Below, in pieces: positions 14,222-31,177 of a DNA stretch of 64,000 nucleotides (position 1 is the stretch's first letter; each line of letters opens with the position of its first letter). Below the pieces are notes generated by a model. The model had not been told where the DNA came from and searched no databases. It was given only the letters and a program-made list of their open reading frames with translations. The stretch comes from Eledone cirrhosa (lineage: Eukaryota). The stretch spans positions 35,402,001 to 35,466,000 of the forward strand of contig OZ024756.1 of NCBI GenBank assembly GCA_964016885.1. Direction: 5' to 3'. A program made the translations under genes and the position numbers.

Positions 14222-14705
14222 TATGGTACTTTTTTAAAATCAACCTCCAAATGATGAGAAGCAAAGTTGATCTCGGCGGGATTTGAAGCCAGAAAGCAGA
14301 GAGCCGGAACGAATACCATAAAGCAGGCATGGGTAACCTGCGGCCCGCGAAGCTTTCTGAATGGCTCGCCTAATTGAAATCTTTCTGATTTTTTTACCCC
14401 AACTTTTCAGTCGTAATTTATTTTTCTATAATTTTTACGATCGACGAAAACAACGTGTACGAATTTCTAAAGAAACAAATCAAAACAACCTGAGTTACCA
14501 CCCTTTTTTTTTAATGGGGATACGAATGTAAATTAGCACTTGCGCCCCGCCTGATGATGAGCCATGTCTCATGCGGCCAGCCTGATGATGAGCCATATCT
14601 CATGCGACCCGCCTGATGATGAGCCATATCTCATGCGACCCGCTTCTCATGCCTGCCATAAAGTATTCTATCCGTCGGTCTAACGACTCTGTAAATACGC
14701 CGCCT
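14222..14705 (-). mobile_element. SINE split by a hAT MITE
   Basis: SINE body 14222-14323 resumes at 14656-14705 (tattctatccgtcggtctaacgactctg). Confidence 0.75.
14324..14655. mobile_element. hAT-superfamily MITE (332 bp)
   Basis: TIRs caggcatggg / ctcatgcctg; exact 8-bp TSD ccataaag at 14316-14323 and 14656-14663; three internal ~31-bp tandem units. Confidence 0.9.
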
Positions 14706-15004
14706 CACTAATAATTAAAAAGTCCCACATTAATGGCCTCAACGAAATTTTCAGTCAGGGGCTCCATGTAAACTTGACCCACCCCTGAATATACATATGT
14801 TGAGTATATTTCATTCATTTTACCCATAACTGGCGGAATATTAGTGGTGCTGTAGTGTTATAGGGCGCTTCTTGGGCATTCTTTTTTTAATTTGGCGGAA
14901 CCCATCCCATCTCCAGGTCTGGACACAACCGATTTCTTCCAGAAAAAGAAAGAGAGTGACAGAGAGGAAGTGAGAAAATGATAGAGGAAGAAATTCGACT
15001 GATA

Positions 15005-15138
15005 GTTATTGATCGACCTCGAAAGGATAAAGGGCAAAGTTGATCATGGCAGGATTTGAACTCAGAGTACAGAGAGCTTGAATAAATACCGCAAGGCATT
15101 CTATCTGACGTTCTAACGACTCTGCCAATTCGCTGCCT
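15005..15138 (-). mobile_element. SINE 5' half (tRNA-derived head)
   Basis: Minus strand A-box-like tggcagagtcgttagaacg and B-box-like gagttcaaatcc. Confidence 0.8.
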
Positions 15139-15147
15139 TCATACTGC

Positions 15148-17534
<2,387 letters not shown>

Positions 17535-17896
17535 TTTATTAACACCAAGCTTGAACCCTGTTACTTTATCCCATAAACTCACAGAGTTGCACACACGTGT
17601 GTGTATGTGTGTCAGCATGGCGTGTGTTTCTGTGTGTGCGTGTCAGTGTATCTATATGTAGGTAGGCATGTATATGTTTTGATTATGAGTATTTGTGTAT
17701 TTACGAGTGAGTGAGTGAATGAACGAATGAGTGTGTGTATATATATATATATAAGCGTGTTAGCGTATATCTGTATGTGTGTCTGTGTGTTTGGGTGTAT
17801 ACACATATAGATTGATGTGTTAAGAGCGTGTATATTTGTATACAAATAATTGTACTCCTATAATTGCTATCAATATATATATATATATATATATAT

Positions 17897-18071
17897 AGGA
17901 AAAAGTATGACCCCGACGGCAGAGCTCAAGAAATGTCCAGAAATAGCCGTCGAAACGGAGGTGAGCTCTGCCGTCGGAGTCATACTTTTTCCTATTTCTC
18001 ACTCTACTACCCTAAGTATTGAGTACTCTGGTGCGTTATGGTCCATTTGGTCCCTTACCACAATTCCTTTG

Positions 18072-18074
<3 letters not shown>
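17897..18074 (+). mobile_element. PLE end family A fold-back element
   Basis: Arms ggaaaaagtatgaccccgacggcagagctca / tgagctctgccgtcggagtcatactttttcc plus tail; (TA)n flanks. Confidence 0.85.
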
Positions 18075-18150
<76 letters not shown>

Positions 18151-18454
18151 GAGTGTGTATATATAGACTATTGGATAGTCTGCGACGCAACAGGTTGCAC
18201 AGGGTTACACACATACACACACGAACACACAAACACACATATAGAGAGAGTTGCATATTCTACGATTCTGCGGCGGTCTGCATGGTTCCACACTCTGTTG
18301 AGGGGACCATTTGTGTAGAGATGGAGGCGGGGAGCACAACAAGTGGCTGAACGCCGTAACGAGTCTCCACTGCCACCGTCAGGGATGGAATAAGCTTGCA
18401 TACGGCTCATGGGGGCAGTCAAACCCCTAACTTAACCCGTCATTGGTCCTCATG

Positions 18455-18575
<121 letters not shown>

Positions 18576-18731
18576 ACACACACATATACACACATATATA
18601 TATTTATTTAGGTTTGTTGGTTCACCACTGGTTAGAACTGAGGTAGAAGCTGCTAAATAGTCGGTCGTCCCCTTGTCTCTGATTTTCAGCCCCATGGATT
18701 TTATCTGTTATATTCCTTTGTTATATTTTGA

Positions 18732-18788
18732 ATACCTGATGATGTCACCGGATTCATACTGAACCGGTCATTGAAATGATCATAGTAT
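18732..18788 (+). ncRNA. type I minimal hammerhead ribozyme (family E)
   Basis: ATAC-CTGATGA-stem II (ACCGG..CCGGT)-GAAA-TGATCA-TA-GTAT; palindromic stem III. Confidence 0.8.
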
Positions 18789-18840
18789 AATAAACCTCTG
18801 AAGGATTTATACCAGTCCAGTCTCCTGTTATTTATAATAT

Positions 18841-18929
<89 letters not shown>

Positions 18930-18938
18930 AATATAAAT

Positions 18939-18975
<37 letters not shown>

Positions 18976-18976
18976 C

Positions 18977-19194
<218 letters not shown>

Positions 19195-19216
19195 TATATA
19201 AATATATATATATATT

Positions 19217-19288
<72 letters not shown>

Positions 19289-19322
19289 TATATATATACA
19301 TATATATATAAATATATATATA

Positions 19323-19387
<65 letters not shown>

Positions 19388-19557
19388 TATATAAATATAT
19401 ATATACATATATATATAAATATATATATATACATATATATATAAATATATATATATACATATATATATAAATATATATATATACATATATATATAAATAT
19501 ATATATATATAAATATATATATATACATATATATGTAAATATATATATATATATATA

Positions 19558-19973
<416 letters not shown>

Positions 19974-20384
19974 CTATATATATATAACTATATATATATA
20001 TATATAGTTATATAATAAACCACAAGATAATTATTCCTTTACCTAAGGCGGAAATAATTATATTGTGTTGTTTATTATGTAATTAAATAGCTCTGTACTA
20101 TACATAGAGCACTCTTCTTTGCTTTACCATTTCTACGGAAATACTCACACGCACACACACACACACACATACATATATATATAAATATATGTACATATTT
20201 TATATATATATATACATATATATATGTATATATATATATGTGTGTGTGTATGCGTACATGTAAGTATGTATGTATGTATACACACACAGACATACACATA
20301 CACACGCGCACACGCACGCACACACATGTGAAAACTGCACAGTACAATCGAATGCATATATCTGCATAATCCCTGCAATCCATT

Positions 20385-20720
20385 TGCAACTGTCAGTATT
20401 GACCAGATCTGCATGTTTTGGAGATTCCATGCTTAGAATGCCATGGAATAAAGAATGACACGCAACCTCACCAGTTTGTGTCCACAGACACAATACAGGG
20501 CTTACCGCTATCGACCTTAAGGTACGCTATAATCAGCAGATGACATCCTTTTGTCACGGGGTTACAAATAACTCCAGTTCACTGTATCATTTCATTTGGA
20601 AGCTTAGAAAACAAGGATAAGACTATAATGTGAAACATGGTTGAGATAGCTCCTCCATAATCGAGTAGATTACGTAATTGCAGATTCTGCCTAAGGTAAT
20701 TTCCAATAGCCACCAAAGAT
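20385..20720 (+). pseudogene. decayed PLE GIY-YIG endonuclease remnant
   Basis: Across frameshifts: CNC ... GLTAIDLKVRYNQQMTSF ... SSLYHFIWKLRKQG*DYNVK ... NCRFCL; same motif order as 59391-59693. Confidence 0.7.
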
Positions 20721-20840
20721 GAGAATTTCTCCCAGCAGAGTTTCGACTGACTGACCCGTAAAAATAAAGACAGAAAATCGAAAAATCGAAGAATAGACTA
20801 CTTTACTAACGAAAGTCAATCCTAATCGTGTGGCTTCCTG

Positions 20841-20879
<39 letters not shown>

Positions 20880-20919
20880 GTAAATATGCATTTATAGTTA
20901 CAAATACACACACACACAT

Positions 20920-21028
<109 letters not shown>

Positions 21029-21098
21029 CATACATACACACACACCCACACATATGTATATATATATATATATACATATATACACACACACACATATA

Positions 21099-21131
<33 letters not shown>

Positions 21132-21237
21132 TCAAAAGTATTTGAAAATTGACCAATTTTCATTAAAAAACTGTTTAATCTCTACTCTCCTTTGAGATTT
21201 GATTGTCTACTTCCACTTTATATATATATATATATAT

Positions 21238-21314
21238 ACCCACTCTACTACCCTAAGTATTGAGTACTTTGGCGCGTTATGGTCCACCTGGTTCCTTACC
21301 ACTTTTCCCTCGCT
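21238..21314 (+). mobile_element. PLE end family A, tail only
   Basis: acccactctactaccctaagtattgagtac..cttaccac in (TA)n; a shorter piece lies at 21849-21884. Confidence 0.75.
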
Positions 21315-21330
21315 ATATATATATATATAT

Positions 21331-21479
21331 ATTCTGATGATTGAAAGCAAAATTTTTTGCTTTTAAGAAACCACTGGTAAATGGAATAATTGCCTTATGT
21401 TGTTTATTACATAACTATTAAGCTGTGTTACCTACATAGAGCACTCTTTTTTCCTGGACTTTTCCGACGGAATTGCTTC

Positions 21480-21482
<3 letters not shown>
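21331..21482 (+). mobile_element. PLE end family F with hammerhead (21331-21385)
   Basis: att-CTGATGA-TTGAAAGCAAAA tt TTTTGCTTTTAA-GAAACCA c TGGT-A-aatg; homologous to 27881-28043. Confidence 0.8.
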
Positions 21483-21541
<59 letters not shown>

Positions 21542-21707
21542 AAATGTTACAGTATCGTGAGAGAGAATAGAGAGAAGAAGCGTTATAGAAGGAGACGATA
21601 CAGATAATTAATTGCCATAAGCAGGTGCAATCATGCTCGATGCTTGTGCAAACAAGGTTAAATATTAGAAGCGTTAATATTTAGTGTGCGAATTTAAGCA
21701 GAGCAAT

Positions 21708-21801
21708 TATAATCGAAGAAATTGATGAAAGAGAAGCCGACCGTTAAAATATAATTATAAATATATTTTAACGGCTTGCTTCTCTTTCATCAATTTCTTC
21801 G

Positions 21802-21807
<6 letters not shown>
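21708..21807. repeat. imperfect ~100-bp palindrome abutting (TA)n
   Basis: tataatcgaagaaattgatgaaagagaagc ... gcttctctttcatcaatttcttcgattata. Confidence 0.85.
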
Positions 21808-21851
<44 letters not shown>

Positions 21852-21881
21852 GTCCATCTGGTTCCTTACCACACTTCCTTC

Positions 21882-21946
<65 letters not shown>

Positions 21947-21988
21947 TAGGTAAATATACACGGGTGTGTATGATTGTGTATAGAAGAT

Positions 21989-22387
21989 TATATTAATAAG
22001 AGGAATTCCAACTTTGTCTGATTTACTCGTTTTATTTACAATCCTTTAAAATATATATAATGGTATTATAATGAAATAGTATGATAGAATATTAAATTCT
22101 AAGTGTTAATTGAACAAGTACTTTCATGCTTTCGCAATCTTCAGGTTCATGATATGTGGTGACAGTCGAGTTTGCAATTTTCAACTGACAGTTGAAAATT
22201 GCAAACTCGACTGTCACCACATATCATGAACCTGAAGATTGCGAAAGCATGAAAGTACTTGTTCAATTAACACTTAGAATTTAATATTCTATCATACTAT
22301 TTCATTATAATACCATTATATATATTTTAAAGGATTGTAAATAAAACGAGTAAATCAGACAAAGTTGGAATTCCTCTTATTAATATA
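21989..22387. mobile_element. PLE-derived palindrome (199-bp arms, 1-nt spacer at 22188), family C
   Basis: The arms appear to be exact reverse complements by eye; each arm carries a hammerhead. Confidence 0.85.
22228..22264 (+). ncRNA. minimal hammerhead ribozyme (mirror copy on the minus strand at 22112-22148)
   Basis: GAAC-CTGAAGA-tTGC GAAA GCAt-GAAA-GTAC-TT-GTTC; GNRA-capped stem II and palindromic AGTACT stem III. Confidence 0.8.
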
Positions 22388-22407
22388 TATATATATATAT
22401 ATATATA

Positions 22408-22601
22408 TAACGAAGGAGGTGTAGTAAGGAACCAGATGGACCATAACGCACCAGAGTACTCAATACTTAGGGTAGTAGAGTGGGTAATAGGAAAATGTTT
22501 GAACCCGACGGCAGAGCTCAAGCCGTTTCGACGGCTATTTCCGGACCAGAAGTAGCCATCGAAACGGCTTGAACTCTGCCGTCGGGGTCAAACATTATCC
22601 T
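22408..22601 (-). mobile_element. PLE end family A fold-back element
   Basis: Tail on the left, inverted arms centred at ~22546. Confidence 0.85.
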
Positions 22602-22853
22602 ATATATATATATTCTCTTTTACACTTTTACCTGTTTCAGCCATATATATAAAACATTTGTCTAATTAACTCATATTTCATCGATTTATTCTTCTGTACA
22701 ACTGATGCATGCTTACAATTGCCCATTAAATCTAAACATGTCTAACTTCTCCTTGCGTGCTCATGGCGGAGTTTCAACCGATGTGAAGACCTATCAATGT
22801 CATATACTGCTATATATATACATATATATACTCTCTATATATACATATATATA

Positions 22854-22891
<38 letters not shown>

Positions 22892-23194
22892 TTACTTTCG
22901 TTGGCTCTCAGCTGTTACAATCATCAGAGATGATCGGAATCTTGAAACCGATATACCCGCTTCCTGAAGTCATCATAAGCCCGTGTCTTATTGTTTATCT
23001 CCATTCCTTTCCGTTACTTTCCGTAATCTAAGAAAACCTAAAAGATATGAATATTAAACCCTGGAACTCAGACTTAAACTTTTCATTACCATATTTCCAA
23101 TGAAAGACACTGCCTATTGTTTTTCAAATAAGTGGAATTGTATCAATGACCGGGTTGCAAACAGGTCAACGAAGATTTTAACACCAAGAAATAA

Positions 23195-23253
<59 letters not shown>

Positions 23254-23271
23254 GGTGGTGGTGGTGGTGAC

Positions 23272-23357
<86 letters not shown>

Positions 23358-23363
<6 letters not shown>

Positions 23364-23630
23364 CAATAATATTAATAAATGGAAAATATCATTATAAAAC
23401 CATATTTATTTTATTATACATATTTCAAGGGTACAAATATTTTGGTACGCTTTCGTCAGATAAAATACAATATTTGGTTTAAAGATAATGACATATCCTC
23501 ATATGAAATTAATGTTATGAGTTCATTGTGGATAGTGAATAAATATTCAAAACTCAAATATGTTGAGTGCTTCTAATCTGTTATAAATTAACTTTGTTGA
23601 ATAATCAACAAAACAAATAAGTCATTGTTT
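23358..23630 (-). mobile_element. PLE end family D with hammerhead (~23410-23466)
   Basis: Minus strand tttat-CTGACGA-aagcgtacc..gtaccctt-GAAA-tatg-ta; homologous to 27600-27710. Confidence 0.65.
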
Positions 23631-23646
23631 ATATATATATATATAT

Positions 23647-24002
<356 letters not shown>

Positions 24003-24919
24003 CAAGTGAAGCAACAGAGTAAAGGACTCGCGTATAACCCTATAATTTAATGAGCTCAAAGGAAAAGGTTTTCCTGGGCACTTCATAATACAATATAAAG
24101 AGGAAAACGACAGGAGAGTGTGTTTTCATTTATAGGATTTATAAGACCACTATATATATATATGATTTAAGGTGTAGCCCTCTGAAGTACAACTTTTCTT
24201 TTGACAAGCTAAATCCCAGGTCATAATATAATCATTTATATTGCTTCTGAAGATGTCCAATATTTAATAATGGGTTGTTATACTTAATGTTTTCCCTGTT
24301 TATCTAAATTGAAATAACATAAGCATTGATCGAATACGATGTATTGGAACATTTGCAAAGAGATTTAACGGCTTAAAGAAGTCTACTCTATCATCTCATA
24401 TTGTTACACACGCACACACACACAGACAGACATACGCACATACATATATATGTGTGTGTGTGTGTGTGTGTTGTATATATATATATATGTGTGTGTGTAT
24501 ATATATGCGTGTGGTGTGTATGTATTTATATATACACACACACACACAAACATATATATATATATATATATATGTATATGTGTGTGTGTGTGTGTGTGTA
24601 TAAAGGTGGAGTGTGTATGTTTGTATAATGTATCTGGTGTGTGTCCAAAATGGAAAACGAGAAGATCTCACATTACATGTTACAATTTTAGCCAACATGA
24701 AATGTTTTCAGCGACTTTTAAGTCATAAATTATCACCTTCTTCTACCACCGTTTTCTTTCAATCTAAGATGAATTAAATAAACATCTTACGCAATTACAT
24801 CGTCAAAGAAACATTTAAGCAGTTGAAAAACAAACCTACACAAAAACTCTGTTAATTAAACGTACTTGAGGGCGGTTGATCGCCAAAGTCGATAGGGAGG
24901 TGGACTACAGACTTTACAG

Positions 24920-25880
24920 TATGTAGTTTCGGCTCTTTACGTTCCGAGTTCAAATCCCGCCGAGGTTAGCTTTGCCTTTCATCATTACGGGGTCGATAAA
25001 ATAAGGTACCAGTAATGTACTGGGTTCGATTTAATCTACTTTCCCCTTCCCCTTCAAATTGCTGGTCTTGTGCCTAGCAGTATCGGTAGAGAGTCGGACG
25101 CCATGCTTTCCTGCATAGTTACATCCCTTTACGGTCTGAGTTCAAATCCCGCCGAGGTTGACTTTGCCTTTCATCCTTACGGGGTCGATAAAATAAAGTA
25201 CCAGTAATGTACTGGGGTCGATTTAATCGACTTTACCTTCCCTTCAAAATGCTGAAACAATTATTAGATGTACATCGGGCGATGGATTGGCCGAGTCGTT
25301 AGAGTGGCTTTTATTCCACCTCTCCACATTCTGAGTTCAAATTCTGCCCAGGTCAACTTTACCTTTCATCCTTTCGCGTTCGATAAAATAAAGTACCAGT
25401 AAAATGCTAGGGTTAGTATAATAAACCTCCTCTTCCTCTCCACAAATTACTGGCCTTGTGCCGAAATTAGAAATCATTATTAAATATACATTACACCCCT
25501 TTATCCTTTATGGTCTGAGTTCAAATCCCGCCGAGGTTAACTTTGCCTTTCATCCTTACGGGGTCGATAAAATAAAGTACCAGTAATGTACTGGGATAAC
25601 TACTGCCCTTATGCTAAAAGTAGAAACAATTTTATTAAATATACATACAGGGGGGGGGGGGCATAGATTGCCAGAATCTGTAGAGCGTCGGATAAAATGA
25701 CATAGCAGCATATGTTCTGGCTCTTTACATTCCAAGACCAACTCCACCAACGTTAACGTTGCCTTTCATCCTTCTGGGGGACGATATTATAAAGTTCCAG
25801 TCATATACTGGGGTTTATTTAATCAACGTTGCCCTTCCCCCATATTTGCTGGCTTTACGCCTAAATTACTAAATTATTAA
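24920..25880 (+). mobile_element. head-to-tail cluster of about 5 tRNA-derived SINEs
   Basis: Repeated gagttcaaatcccgccgaggtt..tttgcctttcatcc.tacggggtcgataaaataaagtaccag. Confidence 0.9.
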
Positions 25881-26092
25881 CGTTAGAAAAAATTATTTCT
25901 TGATCTCAAAATGCGAGTCACTTTTTTTGCGACTCGGTTTCTGACATTTCTACCGCAATTCAATGAACTGGTCACAAGCAATGCGGTGAAAATTTTGACA
26001 CCAAGAAATAAGCGATATATATATAAGGAATATAAAAAAAATAAATGATAAATCTATAGTGTATGTGAGTGAAATATATACATATATACATC

Positions 26093-26260
26093 AAGGTCCG
26101 AACACAAAGGAACCAAACTCCCACTATCGCTACCCCCCCCCCCCCCCTTCTGCTCTCCCCATCTCTCACTATTATGAGCAAATGGAAACCCACGCGCAGT
26201 TCGCCCCGCGGCCCCGGCGGGCAGAATAGAGAAGGCTGTGAAAAGAGAACAGTTTTTGTG
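26093..26260. repeat. unclassified GC-rich interspersed repeat, copy 1
   Basis: Homologous to 31091-31177 plus 31590-31660. Confidence 0.7.
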
Positions 26261-26474
26261 TGGTGACTCGTCCACACTGGCTTAGATCTAGTCCCTTATC
26301 ACACAAGTAAAACACCCAACCAAATATAGGTTTTCACTAAATTATGACATAAGCACACACAGCTGTGGTAGCGTGGTCTTTACACAACCACGTGGCTTCT
26401 GGTTCAGTCCCACAACGTGGCACCGTGTATCTCAGGTTAACCAAAACTTTGTAAATCAAATTTGGGCCGTAAAT

Positions 26475-26520
<46 letters not shown>

Positions 26521-26742
26521 AGGAAAAGATTCAGGACCCCGACGGCTGAGCTCCGGCTGTTTCGACAGTTAGATCCGATCTAAGCCACCAGTATACTGGG
26601 TCCTGAATCTTTACTGTCGAAACGGCCAGAGCTCAGTCGTCGAGGTCCTGAATCTTTTTTCCTATTACCCACTCTACTGCCGCAAGTATCGAGTACTCTA
26701 GTGCGTTATTGTCCACCTGGTATCTTACCACACACTCTTTGT

Positions 26743-26744
<2 letters not shown>
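26521..26744 (+). mobile_element. PLE end family A fold-back element
   Basis: Arms with a rearranged centre plus tail; (TA)n flanks. Confidence 0.8.
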
Positions 26745-26787
<43 letters not shown>

Positions 26788-26799
26788 CAACTTTAATAT

Positions 26800-26975
26800 A
26801 GAAACGGCTTCTACAGGACTAGAACTGTTTCATTCGAAGGAAATCACCAGGAAAACCAAATGAAACAGTTGTAGTCCCGGAGAAGCCATTTCTATATTAA
26901 ACTTGTTGTTTACACTCTACTAATGTATTGAGTGCCTTACTTACTGTGGTTACCCCCGATTAAAACCGAGACTCA
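26800..26975 (+). mobile_element. PLE end family B fold-back element
   Basis: agaaacggcttctacaggactagaactgtttcatt / aatgaaacagttgtagtcccggagaagccatttct plus tail. Confidence 0.8.
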
Positions 26976-27409
26976 CACATATGTATATATATAGAGATAT
27001 AGATATATATATATACATATGTGTATGCATATGTGCGTGTGTGTACATATATGAATATGTATATATGTATGTGTGTTTGCGCCTGTATTCATTCATGTGC
27101 CATAACTTAGCAGTTTAACAAATAGTGATCGATAATACAAATACTGGGTTCGATATGATTGAATTAAATCCCTTAAAAGCTATGCCCCAGAATGATCGCA
27201 GTCTAATGCTTGTAACCAGCAACAGGAACAAAATAATAACACAACACAAATAATTAGATTTTCTGTCAAAATATTTCATCTTCCACAATTTGTTCAATTT
27301 CTGTGAAATTATCGTCTGCTAATTATCGTCTGCTGCTTCGTAAACAGAGAGAAAGATCATAGAAATATAGAACGGAGAAGGAATACTATACCCCCCCCCT
27401 CTCTTTCTG

Positions 27410-27479
<70 letters not shown>

Positions 27480-27509
27480 CATATATATATACATATATAT
27501 GTATATAAA

Positions 27510-27841
<332 letters not shown>

Positions 27842-27880
27842 GGTTTTTTAGAATCCATATTCAATAAACAAACCAGGATT

Positions 27881-27940
27881 TTTCATTCTGAGGATTGAAA
27901 GCAAAACCTTTTGCTTTTAAGAAACCACTGGTAAATGGAA
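27881..27940 (+). ncRNA. type I hammerhead ribozyme (family F; element extends to ~28043)
   Basis: TTTCATT-CTGAGGA-12-bp stem II-GAAACCA c TGGT-A-AATGGAA; all three stems pair; GUA site. Confidence 0.85.
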
Positions 27941-28039
27941 TAATTGCCTTATGTTGTTTATTACATAATAATAATAATTAAGCTCTGTTGCATACATAGA
28001 GCACTCTTTTTTCCTGGACTTTTCCGATGGAATTACTTC

Positions 28040-28080
<41 letters not shown>

Positions 28081-28100
28081 CTTACATATATATACATACT

Positions 28101-28154
<54 letters not shown>

Positions 28155-28176
28155 CTTACATATACATACTTACATA

Positions 28177-28219
<43 letters not shown>

Positions 28220-28271
28220 GCACATATATATATGTATATATATGTAAATTGTGTATATTTATATATAAATA

Positions 28272-28348
<77 letters not shown>

Positions 28349-28361
28349 ATATATAAACGTT

Positions 28362-28405
<44 letters not shown>

Positions 28406-28563
28406 CATATATATATATATATGTGTGTGTGTGTTCATATAATGTATATTTGATGTGTATATTTACATTAAGTGAGAATATATTCGTATATAAACATAAC
28501 AACCTCAATTGGATATATACTAATATATACACATTGATAACTAATGATAGGGGCTCTCTCATC

Positions 28564-29760
28564 ACCACCTACACCTATACCACCACCACCACCTACACCT
28601 ATACCACCACCACCACCTACACCTATACCACCACCACCACCTACACCTATACCACCACCACCACCTACACCTATACCACCACCACCACCTACACCTATAC
28701 CACCACCACCACCTACACCTATACCACCACCACCATCTACACCTATACCACCACCACCACCTACACCTATACCACCACCACCATCTACACCTATACCACC
28801 ACCACCACCTACACCTATACCACCACCACCACCTACACCTATACCACCACCACCACCTACACCTATACCACCACCACCACCACCTACACCTATACCACCA
28901 CCACCACCTACACCTATACCACCACCATCGCCTACACCTATACCACCACCATCGCCTACACCTATACTACCACCACCACCTACACCTATACCACCACCAC
29001 CACCTACACCTATACCACCACCACCACCTACACCTATACCACCACCATCGCCTACACCTATACCACCACCACCACCTACACCTATACCACCACCACCACC
29101 ACCTACACCTATACCACCACCACCACCTACACCACCACCACCACCACCTACACCTATACCACCACCACCACCTACACCTATACCACCACCACCACCTACA
29201 CCTATACCACCACCACCACCTACACCTATACCACCACCACCACCTACACCTATACCACCACCACCACCTACACCTATACCACCACCACCATCTACACCTA
29301 TACCACCACCACCACCTACACCTATACCACCACCACCACCTACACCTATACCACCACCATCGCCTACACCTATACCACCACCACCACCTACACCTATACC
29401 ACCACCACCACCTACACCTATACCACCACCACCACCACCTACACCTATACCACCACCACCACCTACACCTATACCACCACCACCACCACCTACACCTATA
29501 CCACCACCACCACCTACACCTATACCACCACCACCACCTACACCTATACCACCACCACCACCACCTACACCTATACCACCACCACCACCTACACCTATAC
29601 CACCACCACCATCTACACCTATACCACCACCACCACCTACACCTATACCACCACCACCATCTACACCTATACCACCACCACCACCTACACCTATACCACC
29701 ACCACCACCACCTACACCTATACCACCACCACCACCTACACCTATACCACCACCATCGCC
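28564..29760. repeat. 24-bp minisatellite (acc)5-tacacctat, about 50 units, followed by an (ACC/ATC)n tract to ~29985
   Basis: Visible directly; it explains the 500-aa PPPPPTPI, TTTTTYTY and GGGGGIGV ORFs. Confidence 0.95.
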
Positions 29761-30077
29761 ACCAACAACAACGCCACCGCCATCACCACCATCATCACTA
29801 CCTACACCACCATCACCACCACTATCACCACCACCACCATCACTATCACCACTACCACCACCACAACCACCACTATCACAACCATCACTATCAACACCAC
29901 CACTATCACCACTACCGCCACCACCACCACTATCACTATCACTATCACTATCACCACCACCACCGCCATCACTATCACCACCAACAATATGCATCAAGAA
30001 ATCATCCAATCAAATGAGTTTCTTTCTATTGTGTGTTTGTACTGTTGGGCTAGTATAGTTTGATGCGTGTGTATATG

Positions 30078-30182
<105 letters not shown>

Positions 30183-30440
30183 GAAAGATAGAGAGGGGTG
30201 CTGTGTAAATATATATACTCTATATCCTAACGGGTGAATTAATGTTCACACAAAAAAATATAAATAAAAAGTTGACTAAAAAATTTACAAAATTTACAAA
30301 AAAATTACAAATAATTTTTGATCAGTTTAATTTACATAATTAAAATATTTGTTTTTTAATTATGCAGATTTTACTGACCTCAAATTTTTTTTATATCTCT
30401 AAATTAAATCACATGCTTATGCGAAATATTATATCTTTAT

Positions 30441-30494
30441 TTGCAGACACTGACAGCTATGGGTGTTTCGACCCATTAAACCTCGTCAGGGCTA
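30441..30494 (-). ncRNA. degenerate hammerhead motif
   Basis: Minus strand CTGACGA-ggtttaatgggtc-GAAACAC..GTGT-C; stems I and II are weak; a related plus-strand copy lies at ~31875-31930. Confidence 0.45.
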
Positions 30495-30596
30495 TATAGT
30501 GTAATCTACTTAAGCCTTCTTCATCATTTTCTGTACAGATTGTTGATATAAAAACTACTTGTAGCGTTGTAACGTATCTGTGAAGCATATATATAA

Positions 30597-30645
<49 letters not shown>

Positions 30646-30648
<3 letters not shown>

Positions 30649-31058
30649 AAAGTTATATTTAAATTGTTGGGTTACAACTAGTAAATATTTATAACTGATA
30701 TAAAAGCACTCGACAAATATTTGGAGTATATTTACAATATTAAATAAATGGAAACTATATTTATAAAACCATATTTATTTCATTATATATATTTCAGGGA
30801 TATCATATTAACAATATGCTATGCCTTCCTCAGACAAAATACAATATAAACAGTTTTATAGATAAATAGATTCGACATACCGTAACATCTACTTGCATAT
30901 GCAAGTAGATGTTACGGTATGTCGAATCTATTTATCTATAAAACTGTTTATATTGTATTTTGTCTGAGGAAGGCATAGCATATTGTTAATATGATATCCC
31001 TGAAATATATATAATGAAATAAATATGGTTTTATAAATATAGTTTCCATTTATTTAAT

Positions 31059-31064
<6 letters not shown>
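30646..31064 (-). mobile_element. PLE end family D fold-back element (166-bp arms 30733-31064, no spacer) plus tail 30646-30732
   Basis: Centre ttgcat|atgcaa; CTGAGGA..GAAA hammerhead core in each arm (plus strand 30964-31011). Confidence 0.85.
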
Positions 31065-31104
<40 letters not shown>

Positions 31105-31177
31105 CACACCAGGTCGAACACGAAGGAACCAATCTCCCACTGTCACTACCTCCGTCTCTCCGGCTCTCTCTATCTCG

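Noticed and set aside
14550-14640. Three CTGATGA words as hammerheads or C/D boxes
   Set aside because: No downstream GAAA or stem III; they are tandem units inside a hAT MITE.
20400-20402. In-frame TGA after CNC as selenocysteine in a PLE ORF
   Set aside because: The remnant has several other stops and frameshifts, and a shifted frame supplies an ordinary Cys.
24246-24365. CTGAAGA followed by a long stem as a hammerhead
   Set aside because: The GAAA core is not intact and stems I and III could not be assigned.
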